Positions 10,739 to 21,374 of a DNA stretch of 64,000 nucleotides are shown here, in pieces. The first letter of the stretch is position 1, and the number at the start of each line of letters is the position of its first letter. This DNA is from Aureliella sp. (GTDB lineage Bacteria; Planctomycetota; Planctomycetia; Pirellulales; Pirellulaceae): the NCBI GenBank assembly GCA_963691875.1, contig OY829846.1, positions 192,001-256,000 on the forward strand, read 5' to 3'. The notes under the pieces are model-generated. The model did no database searches. It worked only from the letters and a program-made list of their open reading frames with translations, and had not been told where the DNA came from. The translations under genes and the position numbers were made by a program.

Positions 10739-11190
10739 GTGCCACGACAGCCTAACCCGGACTAACGCTAGAGTGAGAAGCAATGCTTTCGCACGATTGA
10801 CGGGAGGCGTCTTTATCTTTGCAATAGGAAGACCAGGCTCATGAGAGGTTTTACCAGCTAACGGCTGATCGGAATTCTATCGTTGCTGCGGTGAACACCG
10901 CCGACGCAATATGCCAAGAATATCTGATTTGGCTTGAAAGCAACAAGGCGAAGGGCACCTATGAGGAGGGTGCGCAGCCTCAAAAATTCTGTGAGCACAT
11001 CGGCAAATCCCTCAAGCTGTCCAGCCTGCAGGGGCACCATATCACCAAGTAGTAGCAAATAATCCAGGGTGGAAATGCACTACTAAAAAGAACAGCAAGG
11101 TGCGTTACGTAACAGAGACGCTTAACTGGGGCGTGGAAGCGATAGATGCCGCATTATTCCGCAACATCGACGACATTCCATCACCCACTC
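10739..11190 (+). pseudogene. Tyrosine integrase N-terminal relic (copy 2)
   Basis: Shares CTTTTCAGGAGT, GTGCCACGACAGCCTAA and CGGCAAATCCCTCAAGCTG with the 7358 copy; later reads ETLNWGVE; many stops. Confidence 0.7.
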
Positions 11191-11203
11191 TGACACACAC
11201 ATA

Positions 11204-12748
11204 TTACGGTGAGGCGAAGTTGTTATTTTCTTTCAATACATCGTCAATCAGTTCGACAAGCTCTGCAGCCACGAATGGCTTGCTCAGGAAATGGAATGCT
11301 GCCTCTTGAGAATCGCCAAGACCGAGATGCTCAAGCGGGTGTCCGCTCATCAAGACGACCGGCGCCCGCGTTACCTTTTGAACAAATCGTTGTGAGAGTT
11401 CAATGCCTGACATGCCAGGCATATCGAAATCAGTCAGTAGAAGACCGATTTGGCCTGCCCTACTATCGCAAATGGAGAGAGCTTCCTCGCTATTTTGAGC
11501 GACTAGTACAGCATAACCGGCTTTGGTCAGTATTCTCTCCACAAGCTTGCGAATTCTGGGGTCATCATCTACTACCAGTACTGTTCTCCGATAGCCTGAT
11601 GAGGCGACCTCGGTCTTGGGGGCAATCGTTGCCTTAGAGGTCGCGTCCTGAGATTGTTTTTTTTCAGGCAAAAATATTTGAAACCGCGTCCCTTCCTCTA
11701 ACTGAGTTACCACACGAATCTGGCCGCTGTGCTGTTCTACTGTAGAAGCGACCATAGACATGCCCAGACCGTTACCGCCTCTCTTTGTCGTGAAGTACGG
11801 ATCGAAAACGCGTCCCTCTGTCTCAGCGTCCATTCCGTGTCCAGTGTCTGCTACTTCGAGCACCAATGTCCGACCGTTCTTTGTGCTGTCGTGTGATTGA
11901 GAGTCCGAATAAGAAAGACTAATCGTAATATCGCCTCCATCTGGCATGGCGTCCCGCGCATTCAGCACCAGATTAATAAGCACTAACTGTATCTGATCCA
12001 CAGCACCGAGCATCCAGCCGGGGCCGCAGCTGGAAACGACGAGATTAATATTGTCCGGGATCAGCTCAGACAGCATTCCCCGAGACCTGTTGAGGACTTC
12101 CTCCAAAGAAATCAACTGATGCTCAACCGGTTGTTTGCGGCAAAAATTTAACAGCTTCTGAGTGAGCCCGCGTCCCTGCTCGGCGCCGGCAACAAGATTC
12201 CTGAGAGCCTCATTCAGTTCCGGGTGGCCTTCCGCATATCGCAGCGAGATTTCAGCGTAATTAGAAATGATCAGCAGTACATTGTTAAAATCGTGTGCTA
12301 CACCACCTGCAAGACGACCAAGGGCTTCGGACTTCCTTGATTGAATCAATTGCGTGCTTGTATCTCGTAGCTCCTACTCTATTTGGAGGCGGTGGCGAAG
12401 TATTGAGTGAAAGAATTTAAAACTCATTACGACAAACACGCTGCCCCAGAAGAAAATCACAGATACAACAAGGTTCATCTCAAAGAGCAGGTCTTTTTCG
12501 GTGACTAAAAAATAAAGAAACAAGCAATAGCCACATAAAAACAGCAGCACTAAGCCTCCTAATACCCGGCACCCAATGATCGTGCCGGTGGACACTGTCG
12601 AAGAGCGTCTCAAAAGCATATACACACGACGAATTGCAATGAATGCATACACAAACATCAGAATGCCGCCGGTCACGAGCAAAATTTCGAAGTTCCACAT
12701 CTCTTGTCTTCCTGGTACCGCATGGTCAAGAAACTCCGTCGAACTCAC
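11204..12748 (-). pseudogene. Membrane hybrid sensor histidine kinase/response regulator split by one in-frame TAG
   Basis: Three-TM N-terminal ORF 12374-12748 is in frame with 11204-12349 (RLQIE*ELRDTSTQLIQSRK); H-box AHDFNN, N-box NARDAM, DTGHGM, GNGLG, C-terminal receiver. Confidence 0.85.
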
Positions 12749-12850
12749 TCCTGAAACACGCAGTCTTGACTGCTGCCAGTTGTCTCATGTCGCCCGCTTG
12801 ATTTCACCCCGCATGCTACCCGAGCCCTGATGACTCATGTGGTCGGATTA

Positions 12851-12882
12851 TAGCTAAATCACAAACTAGCTAAATCACAAAC
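12851..12882 (+). repeat. Perfect 16-bp tandem duplication
   Basis: TAGCTAAATCACAAAC x2. Confidence 0.9.
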
Positions 12883-14625
12883 AGGTTTTCGGAAAGATGG
12901 CCGAGAGCACTCAGGGGCCCGCGCGGACCACCACTTCCGAGGCTTACGCTCCCTATCGTGTATCAACCTCATCGGCAGGTTTCGCCGAGGGCTTGCGAGA
13001 CGAATCGATTTCAGTGGATTGATCCTTCCAACAGCGGTGGTGATAACTCTGTACGGAGGGCTCGCCCGAGGAATGTTTGCCGAGCACGAGGTGATAGAGC
13101 TATGGAAATCAGCCTCGGGAGTTCCCGTTATCGTCTGGCGGGCGACGTGGTAATTCGGCCTTTATGGGATTTCTCTTCCACGCTGGTGGCGGCGGCCGGT
13201 TGATACACTGTTGAGAATGTGGCGTAGGCAGTCGCTGACGCGTAGGGAGCACTGTGTTTCTGTTTCCCGGTGGTGTTCGCTGCGTTTACCGCTCCGATCG
13301 ATGCGACGGTTTTAGACTTTATGGTCGTCACAGCTGGCTCAGCATTAGGAGCGATTGGAGCCTAGCTCGGAGCCTATCGGGGGTTGCGCACGTAGGCAGG
13401 GGAGTCCGAAACGGGAAATCGCCCCAAACCCAAGATACGTCAGTTGACTGAACATAGTCAGGTACTTCGAAAGCGAACGCATTCCGGGACTTCAGAGCGT
13501 TCTTCAGGTTTTTCTGGCGAGAAGATCGAAAACGCCGGCCGGCAGTTCTTCTGTTGTGCTTGCAAGAATATTTGCTCGGTTTCAGGGCAACCAGGCGCAG
13601 CAGTTTTTCGGGTAGATCGAAGCGGTGTTTTTCCTGCCACCCCGCTTCCTTAAGTGGAACGAATGAACAGTTGATGCGGGCCATTTCCGGTCTGCTCAGT
13701 TGTGACAGGAAATTGCGTCTGTGCAAAGTGACAATAGCGATAGCCGGATTTGACTGGGCCGACGACATATTCTTGTGAGTCAGTGTTTATGCCGTAGATT
13801 GAGACTCTTGATCGAACCAAGAGAAACTTGCAATCGTGAGTGGAGCGAATGGAGCTGACTTCATTGGTTATCGGAGCTCCTTTCCTTCGTGATGACGTTT
13901 GGTCACGATCCAAAGCTGAACGGATTGCAGCTTCACGCGTTGTCAGCATTCTTCCTGCCTTCCGATGGCGGGTCGAATGGTGGTGTCTTCGTGCAACGCA
14001 TTAGACATTGGACTGCCGATTCGTTTACTAGTGCGAGTGGACCACAGTCGCAGTGTTGTCCAGTCGGCTGTTTAGGCGGAATCGTTGCTGACAAAGCCAA
14101 TCTCGCCATCACCCGCAGTTGGAATCGCTGTTAATACTGCAGAGAGGTTCTCCAGCTCGTAGAGCTGTGCATTCGAACCATAGAAATCGGCGACCAACCT
14201 CGTGCCGTCCTCCGAGAACTCGACTTGTCGACCGTAGGAATTTCTCCGCGCTCCATCGATCGGATGCTAGAACACTGCGATGCGCGCAATCAGCGGTAGC
14301 GCGGTAGCAGCCGAAAACAGAAGTATAGAATAGGCCAGAGAGATTACGATTCGTCGAGTGTTTGCCAACATTGTGTTCCTCGCAATAAATGGTGGTCGTT
14401 CTTCATACCTCAGATAGCTTCGCACCTTGGTTTTCGCCGGTCGAAGGTCGCGAAGAGAGTTCCTCTGCTCTGCACATTCTGTATTTGCGATGCGAACACC
14501 AGGAAAAATGCTCAAAAGGCTAGCTTCGCGATCCAATAGAACGACGGAATGGATCATACTGCCTCACTGCTTCTTTGCGAGTGAAGAACTGTAAACAATG
14601 AAGCTATCAACCTGCCCAGACCCCC

Positions 14626-15345
14626 ATGACCAAATCAAGAAAGCAACTACCCATGTCTCTTTTTTCTCGACGCTGTTTTCTGCATAATTCTGCCTTTGCT
14701 GCCGCAGCGTTCACCACACCCGGATTGTTTGCAGATGAGCTGACTCGAACGGCAACACAGGCTGAGGGGCCGTTCTACCCAGACAAGTTACCATTGGATA
14801 CGGACAACGACTTGTTGATGATCAACGATTCGATCACGCCTGCGGTTGGCGAGGTAACGCACTTGACGGGAAAAATTTTGGATCTTTCGGGCTCGCCAAT
14901 TCGCAATGCGGTTGTTGAGATCTGGCAGGCGGACAATATGGGGTCGTACATCCACAGCAAAGGGAAAGGTGAGAAGGTCGACAAAAACTTTCAGGGCTTC
15001 GGTCGATTCCTGACCGACTCGAAGGGCCGATACTATTTCCGCTGCATTAAACCAACGGAGTACGTGGGGCGTGCGCCACATATCCACTTCGCGGTCGAGC
15101 AAGGTGGCAAAAGGCTGCTTACTACGCAGTTGTACGTACAGGGAGATCCGCGAAACGAGAGGGACTTTCTTTTCAACAAAGCGAAAACGAATGAGGCCAA
15201 ATCGACCCTGGTTACTGAATTCAAGCCGATCAAAACATCGAAGGCTGGTGAGCTTGCCGCCAACTGGGATGTTGTGATCGGTATGACCCCAGAAGATCCA
15301 AAAGATACGCGGAGCGGTCAGCGCGGTCCGCGAAAAGATTCTTAG
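14626..15345 (+). CDS. Tat-exported intradiol ring-cleavage dioxygenase-like protein (protocatechuate 3,4-dioxygenase beta-like)
   Basis: SRRCFL Tat motif, EGPFYP, VEIWQAD..GSY, PTEY..RAPHIHF, TTQLY; start may be 14653. Confidence 0.88.
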   Translation: MTKSRKQLPMSLFSRRCFLHNSAFAAAAFTTPGLFADELTRTATQAEGPFYPDKLPLDTDNDLLMINDSITPAVGEVTHLTGKILDLSGSPIRNAVVEIWQADNMGSYIHSKGKGEKVDKNFQGFGRFLTDSKGRYYFRCIKPTEYVGRAPHIHFAVEQGGKRLLTTQLYVQGDPRNERDFLFNKAKTNEAKSTLVTEFKPIKTSKAGELAANWDVVIGMTPEDPKDTRSGQRGPRKDS

Positions 15346-15502
15346 CCGCTCAGCATGATGATCTGAACGCGAAATTTCGCGCTCGCTCGCAAGCAGAGCA
15401 ATTGCCTCAGTCCTTGATTTTTGATTGAAATTCCTTAGATTGGTGAGCTTGGAATGAATCCAAGCCTTTTTCTTATAGATTTGATTCTGCGCGGTGTCAG
15501 GG

Positions 15503-15793
15503 ATGCGAATTCGCAACCCACAAGTGGGTGAAAAAGTCGTTTACGCCAAGGATAAACACAGTCCCTCGCCGGGGGAGCGCGCGCAGGATGTTACTGCGAA
15601 TGCTAAGGGGGATGGCTACACCTACATTGTCGAAAAGTATTGGATCGTCAAAGCAGTGCTCGACGATGGGCGGCTTGTGCTCAAGACGCGACGTGGCAAG
15701 GAGCATATCATCTCGCCCGATGACCCCAGTCTTCGCGTCGCCTCTATTTGGGAAAAGCTCTTTTTGGGCGGACGCTTTCCAAGCCTCGATTAA
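15503..15793 (+). CDS. Small hypothetical protein
   Basis: Protein-like composition (VVYAKDKHSPSPG..YIVEKYWIV..LKTRRGKEH); co-oriented, 21 bp before the next gene. Confidence 0.65.
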   Translation: MRIRNPQVGEKVVYAKDKHSPSPGERAQDVTANAKGDGYTYIVEKYWIVKAVLDDGRLVLKTRRGKEHIISPDDPSLRVASIWEKLFLGGRFPSLD

Positions 15794-15814
15794 CCTCAGT
15801 TTTGAGTCCTCTCC

Positions 15815-16687
15815 ATGTTATCGGCCCGACCATTTCTGTTGCTGATTCCTAGCCTCTGTCTTCTCTGCTCGGTGGTTTCGGCCCAGGAGAAGAGAAAAAT
15901 CGCAATCACCATTGACGATGGTCCAGCTGTGAAGACAGCTGAGCTTGAAGACTGGTTGCGCATTGCAAAGGGCCTAAGAGAATCGTTTGAGCAAGCCAAA
16001 GCACCGGTAATCATGTTCATCAACGAGCACCAACTCGACGTCTTCGGGCAGCATAAGGAGCGACATGCGTTTCTTGAGAGGTGGTTGGATGCTGGATTCG
16101 AACTTGGCAATCACACTTATTCTCACAAGAGACTTCGTGACACGCCTATCGAGGATTACTTCGATGACATCCTGCGTGGCGAAAAGTTCACGCGTCCGCT
16201 ACTTGAAGAGCGAGGCGAGGAACTCTCGTGGTATCGATATCCGTATTTGTCGAGCGGACGTGGGGAACAGGCGACGCGAGTGGAGAAGTTTCTCGCGGAT
16301 AAGAAGTACCGAATTGCACCGGTGACGGTCGACTACCACGATTATAGTTTTTCAAACAACTACAGTCGCTTTCTTCGAGCCGGCAAGCAGGAAGAGGCGG
16401 ACCGCGTCTACGAGGAAATGTCGCGAGCTTTGGACATTGCCTTTGATCGAGCAGAGGAAAATTCGCAGCACTTCTTTGGTCGGCAGATCAAGCACGTGCT
16501 GCTGATCCACTGCAATGAACTGAATGCCAAGACTTTGCCAAAAACGTTAAAACGTATTCGAGATCGTGGCTATGAGTTTATTACTCTCGAAGAAGCCATG
16601 AAAGATGCCGCCTATACGACTCCCGGTCTTCCGCCCGGTTCACTTGGTGGGAGCTTCTTTGGTGGCATGGCAAGGATAGCAAAGTAG
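15815..16687 (+). CDS. Exported polysaccharide deacetylase (CE4/NodB)
   Basis: Signal peptide; ITIDDGP, GNHTYSH, YRYPY, LLIH. Confidence 0.92.
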   Translation: MLSARPFLLLIPSLCLLCSVVSAQEKRKIAITIDDGPAVKTAELEDWLRIAKGLRESFEQAKAPVIMFINEHQLDVFGQHKERHAFLERWLDAGFELGNHTYSHKRLRDTPIEDYFDDILRGEKFTRPLLEERGEELSWYRYPYLSSGRGEQATRVEKFLADKKYRIAPVTVDYHDYSFSNNYSRFLRAGKQEEADRVYEEMSRALDIAFDRAEENSQHFFGRQIKHVLLIHCNELNAKTLPKTLKRIRDRGYEFITLEEAMKDAAYTTPGLPPGSLGGSFFGGMARIAK

Positions 16688-16820
16688 GGCTGAATTTTTG
16701 ACACGAAATTGGTGTTAGAAAACAGTTCGAGCTCGTGTCTGGCTGAATAGGACATCAATTAACGTAGGCTAGCGATATCGACTGACTACAATGCCGATCC
16801 ATAGATCGCTCGTTTTTGGC

Positions 16821-19175
16821 CTATTTGTTAGGGATCTGGATCTGCACCTGGGAGCAGTATGTCGCACCTGAGTCGCTGCGGTCGACGAGTGTATTGATGA
16901 CTGATTTGATCGAACGTTGCGCTTGACCTTCGAAGATCTTAGCATCGCCTGAGTAGACGGTGAGGGGCTTGTCCAAATCGACAAAGTCGTCGTCGAGAAG
17001 AATGGAGAATTCAGAAACCGTGGACTCGTCGATCCAGAAGTTGTTTCCTTCACGCCGGGCAACGATCTTTGCTCGCCCTTTCTTTTCTTCTGGAGCTACG
17101 TTGAGCCAGTAGAATCGATCGTGTGTCACGTCATCTTGAAGCCAAACGACTTTCTCGGGTGCTCGGGTGCGCTCGAAATTCGCCATCCACTCTACACCCT
17201 TGGCATCTTGCCGATCCATCCAGTGTCCCTTGCCCTCGTGTATTTCGACCCAGTGCTCGTATCCTTCTTCGTCTTCGGTTCTTAGCTTGGCCAGCATCTC
17301 CTTCCACTGCTCTGCTTTTTTGTTTCGGCTGTAGGCGCCATCGTTGGCACCCATGTGTAGCGTGAATGGTAGGTTTCGCAGACCGTCCGGCCTAGTTTCA
17401 TTGGGGTGCCCAGCCATCATTGCTGCCGCAGCCAGTTGGTCAGCCATACGAGGAGCCAGTTGGTAAACGCCGTCACCACCCGCTGAGTATCCGGTGATGT
17501 AGACACGATTGGGATTAACGTCTTCGAAAACGATCATGTTCTCGATCAAGCGAGTGAAGAATGCGTCGATGTGACCTTGATGCCACATGTTCCATGAATC
17601 TGTAGGTGCACGCGGTGCAACGTAGACGCCTTCCTTTAGTTTATAAAGTCGCTTTTGATTGCGCCACTGTCCGTCGTTTACCCGAGCTGGGGCGCCTCCC
17701 CCGCCGTGCATAGAAATGTAAAGGCTGCGGCCTTCGCTCGGTTTCTCTCCATAGATTGTAAAGTCGAATTTCATCTTCAGCTTATCAAGCTGCATTACCT
17801 TAGCATCGTGCTCAGCCTTGCGGGATTCTCGGAGTTTATCTAGGTGGCTTTTTAACAGCAGCGTCTTAGCTTCTGCCGCTTGCTCTTTCGTTAGAGGTTT
17901 GGATGCCCAGTCTTGCTCGGCGAGCTCTTTCAAAGCGGAGCTATTGTCAAGCAAAGCTTCTTTGAGGGATTCGATTGGCGAACCATCACTTGCTTGGGGA
18001 ACGCGAAGCGTTATTGGCGTATCGCGTGCTTCTACCACAACTTTTTCACGAAGAGTACCTGCTCCGGTTCGCAATTCGAGTTGATAAGTTCCTTTTTCAA
18101 GTTCGGCTGTCAGGTGATCATTCATATCAAATGAGTCGTCATGCGTCTTGCCGCGAAACACGACCTTGCCCTCAGAATCTTTCAGCACCAAGTTTGCTTG
18201 GCATCGATTCGGCCCTTTCGCCCCAAGGGTCTTAAATTCTATTGCAAAGAACCCATCCGGCAGAGGTTCTTTTTTCGCGTAGCGTTCCGTCACTTCAACG
18301 CAGTAAATTTCGTTGTCTGGCTTGCGAAAGCGAGACCAAGCCAAAGGAAAGATGGTGTCCGTTCTCTTAAAGCTGGTTGCGAAAATGCCATATCGTTTAT
18401 CTCCTGGCTTTTGCCCTGACGCGCGTCCCACAAACCATCCACGATTTAGCTTGTCACCAGTTGGTTCGGCTGCTCCCGTGAAATGCCAGCCATCATCCCA
18501 GATTTCCACCCATGAATGATTGCCGCTGTTATTGGTCCACATTGGTACGCCAACAAAACGAGCTGGAATGCCACAAGCTCTGCATGCATCAATGAGAAGA
18601 ATTGAAAGACCTGTGCAGGATGCGAGTCCACTTTCCATCGTCTCAGCTGGCCCTTGGTTCGCAGCTCGGCGACGCGTCGAGTACTTGACGCCCAATTCGC
18701 TGAAGACCAGTTGATTGAGTTTCGCGGCGGCGAGACTGGCGGAGCCTAGTTCGCAGATCTTCGGCCAGAACTTCTCTCGCAGCTCCTGTCGAACGTCGTC
18801 ACGCTGCTCGTCAACTGAGGCATAGGGCAAAACATCGTTTAGGAAAATTTGTTCCGGTATCTTATCGCCCCACTTAGCGGCGTCGCGGGCTTCATACGCA
18901 ACGGCAAGGTGGGACAGCAAATAGTCTGCAGAGAGTGACTGTAAATCACGTGTCGGCATGTTCTCGATTAGGAACTGTAAACCCTTCTGCTGCGAAGCTG
19001 GAACTTTTTGGGCAGCGTTGTTGATTTCCTCAGCATTCGCTTCGGCCCGGAGGATGATGTCTTGGCTTAGCTGATATCGCTCAGGTGATGTTGGGGCGTT
19101 GGCGTTAGCTCGCGCACCTACAATGGAGCCTGCGAGGAAACAAATCACTAGGCAGATTCGAATTTGAAATTGCAT
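16821..19175 (-). CDS. Exported transglutaminase-like domain plus alpha/beta-hydrolase (esterase/PHB depolymerase-like) fusion
   Basis: ASCTGLSILLIDACRACGIPAR..NHSWVEIW; C-terminal MHGGG, GYSAGG, MGAND, KGHW. Confidence 0.85.
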   Translation of the reverse strand: MQFQIRICLVICFLAGSIVGARANANAPTSPERYQLSQDIILRAEANAEEINNAAQKVPASQQKGLQFLIENMPTRDLQSLSADYLLSHLAVAYEARDAAKWGDKIPEQIFLNDVLPYASVDEQRDDVRQELREKFWPKICELGSASLAAAKLNQLVFSELGVKYSTRRRAANQGPAETMESGLASCTGLSILLIDACRACGIPARFVGVPMWTNNSGNHSWVEIWDDGWHFTGAAEPTGDKLNRGWFVGRASGQKPGDKRYGIFATSFKRTDTIFPLAWSRFRKPDNEIYCVEVTERYAKKEPLPDGFFAIEFKTLGAKGPNRCQANLVLKDSEGKVVFRGKTHDDSFDMNDHLTAELEKGTYQLELRTGAGTLREKVVVEARDTPITLRVPQASDGSPIESLKEALLDNSSALKELAEQDWASKPLTKEQAAEAKTLLLKSHLDKLRESRKAEHDAKVMQLDKLKMKFDFTIYGEKPSEGRSLYISMHGGGGAPARVNDGQWRNQKRLYKLKEGVYVAPRAPTDSWNMWHQGHIDAFFTRLIENMIVFEDVNPNRVYITGYSAGGDGVYQLAPRMADQLAAAAMMAGHPNETRPDGLRNLPFTLHMGANDGAYSRNKKAEQWKEMLAKLRTEDEEGYEHWVEIHEGKGHWMDRQDAKGVEWMANFERTRAPEKVVWLQDDVTHDRFYWLNVAPEEKKGRAKIVARREGNNFWIDESTVSEFSILLDDDFVDLDKPLTVYSGDAKIFEGQAQRSIKSVINTLVDRSDSGATYCSQVQIQIPNK

Positions 19176-19531
19176 GCTAGGGCTTCTTACTTAGTTGTGT
19201 CAGATTCGCAAGCAATTATCGTTCGTGAACGCCGAGTTTCCAATAGCAACACAGATTACGATAAAGTTACAGATATTGGGCCTGGCAGAGGCTCGCGTTA
19301 TGCATAATTAGTATCTGTAGGTACCGTTTGAGCTGCATGGCGGTAGGGGATTCCGTTCTTAGAACGGCAAATGACGAGTATGCCGACAGGCTAGGCCTGA
19401 CGCCTTACGGCGGTGCGGCTCACTCGGACAGTAGCCCGACGCCTTGCAGAGACAGGACGCACAAAGACAATAGACAGCTCGCGCTAGTCGCTCGTTCGTT
19501 TCTTAGTTGCTCAATACGATTGAGGCCAGTA

Positions 19532-20779
19532 ATGCACAGAATGAATCATCTGAGTCGCCGGCGGCTTCTGCAAGGAACTGGCATTGCCTTGGCTCTTCCG
19601 GCGTTCGAAAGCGTAGCGGGCGGCAGCACAAAAGATGCCGAGCCGCCTAAGCGTTTGGTTTGTGTTGGCAATCATCTCGGGTTCTATCCTGGCAACTTCT
19701 TTCCTCAACTTAGTGGAAAAGACTATGTTGCGACCTCAACACTAGAACCTCTCGAGAATCATCGTGACGATCTGACGGTCTTTTCCAATCTGGATCACGG
19801 TCTCAATGGAGGGCACAAAGCCGTCGAAGGGTTCTTGACAGGAATTAAGAAAGCGGAAGCGGCTGGATTTCCGAGGAAGAATATTTCACTGGACCAAGTC
19901 GCCGCAGAGCACGTGGGCAGTGCGACGCGTTTCCCTTCGATCCATACTGGCATTGCTGAAGGCACGGATATGTGTTGGACGGGTTCCGGAGTCCGCATTC
20001 CGCCTGTAAGTAATCCCGCGCAGTTGTTTCGTGCACTGTTCGTCGGCTCGCCGAAAAGTCAGCTTGAAGAGCAAAGAAAGCAGCTGATGCATCGAGAAAG
20101 TGTCCTCGACGCACTGCGGGATTCAGCGGCGACGCTCCAACGCACTCTGAATGCAGCGGATCGTCAGAAGCTTGATCAGTATTTGACTTCAGTTCGTGAT
20201 GTCGAGAGGCGATTGCGCATGTCGCAAGAGTGGCTCGACCGTGCAAAGCCAGAATCGCCGATCAAAGAGATCCGTGATGAAGAACGACAGCACATCGATG
20301 AAGTGGCATTGCTTTACGATTTGATCGCACTCGCTTTGCAAACAGATTCAACGCGGGTTGCGACACTCGAGACTGGACTAGGTTTTCGCACCTCCGAACT
20401 CGATTTGGGGAGTTACCACGGGCTTTCGCATCACGGCAAGTCGTCCGGTCGTATTGGGCAACTGCAAGTCATTGAATCTTTCCTGACTCAAAAACTCAGT
20501 GACTTCATTACCCGGCTCAAGGAGGCTGCAGTCTTTAAGGATACGCTGATCGTGTTTGGCAGCGGTATGAGTGATGGGTCGAGTCATAGCAATCGAAATC
20601 TCCCGGTCCTGCTTGCTGGCGGTGGCTTTGAGCATCGGGGGCATGTGGTTTGCCCGCGCGAGCAATACCGCCGACTGCCGCTATGCAACCTTTGGCTCTC
20701 GGTCTTGCAGTGGTTTGGGGTCGAGGCGGAGGAGTTTGGCCGTAGCACGGGCACGTTTTCTCCAATGCAGATTGGTTAA
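19532..20779 (+). CDS. DUF1552 (HxxSHH) Tat-exported protein
   Basis: SRRRLLQGTGIALALP Tat signal, ISLDQVAA, YLTSVRDVERRL, YHGLSHH, NLPVLLAGG; start moved from 19328 to ATG 19532 (or 19541). Confidence 0.9.
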   Translation: MHRMNHLSRRRLLQGTGIALALPAFESVAGGSTKDAEPPKRLVCVGNHLGFYPGNFFPQLSGKDYVATSTLEPLENHRDDLTVFSNLDHGLNGGHKAVEGFLTGIKKAEAAGFPRKNISLDQVAAEHVGSATRFPSIHTGIAEGTDMCWTGSGVRIPPVSNPAQLFRALFVGSPKSQLEEQRKQLMHRESVLDALRDSAATLQRTLNAADRQKLDQYLTSVRDVERRLRMSQEWLDRAKPESPIKEIRDEERQHIDEVALLYDLIALALQTDSTRVATLETGLGFRTSELDLGSYHGLSHHGKSSGRIGQLQVIESFLTQKLSDFITRLKEAAVFKDTLIVFGSGMSDGSSHSNRNLPVLLAGGGFEHRGHVVCPREQYRRLPLCNLWLSVLQWFGVEAEEFGRSTGTFSPMQIG

Positions 20780-21374
20780 TGTTTTGAGTTGCGAAATGCA
20801 TTCGCGAACCGAAGAGTTAGCAAGATAGGGGGCCTCACTCACGCTTTGATTCGTGTATGTCAAGACCTCGTCTACGCTCCTGGCTGTAATAAGGCACTGG
20901 GAAGCGAGGGCTACTCGCCCGGAACGATTGAATTCAGGAGAACGTGCAGGGCGTGCTTCGAGCAAAATTGTCCCCTGCCCCGAGCATTGCTGCGGGCAAA
21001 AGCTTGCCATTTCTTTAATTCATGCGGATAGTGAGCGATGAACTTCGTCGTTTGTTTGGGCTAAATTGCTTGTGGCCAGCGGCTTCAGTCTCTGAATCTT
21101 GTTGCGGTGCGCACACTGAAAATTCAGCTTTAATGCTACTTGCCAATTCAATGCCCCTGCTTGGGGTCGTATTCGGCCGGAGAGTAAGCTCTTATTTGCC
21201 AAGAGCTAAAGTGGATCAAGATTGAAACTTTGATTTGCCCTGGGCTAGCAATTCGACCGAACCTGCGACAAACTAACGGGTGGTAAATTTTGCCTTTTTG
21301 GGCAAAGCTGCGCGCTCGGTATGTGGGACGACGTGCGTGAAGAAGGAATCACTACGCCAAGTTAGGGAAGCTGC

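Noticed and set aside
12900..14600. Many short overlapping ORFs
   Set aside because: None has a recognisable motif; a hydrophobic stretch near 13250-13400 hints at a decayed membrane gene but is not assignable.
19328..19531. N-terminal extension of the DUF1552 ORF, or a riboswitch
   Set aside because: The Tat signal sits right after ATG 19532/19541; only small hairpins are present, with no recognisable RNA family.
20880..20950. Cobalamin-riboswitch-like words (CTGTAA..GCACTGGGAAG..TCAGGAGA)
   Set aside because: The 5' half of the aptamer is not recognisable, the B12-box is a poor match, and the downstream gene is moxR.
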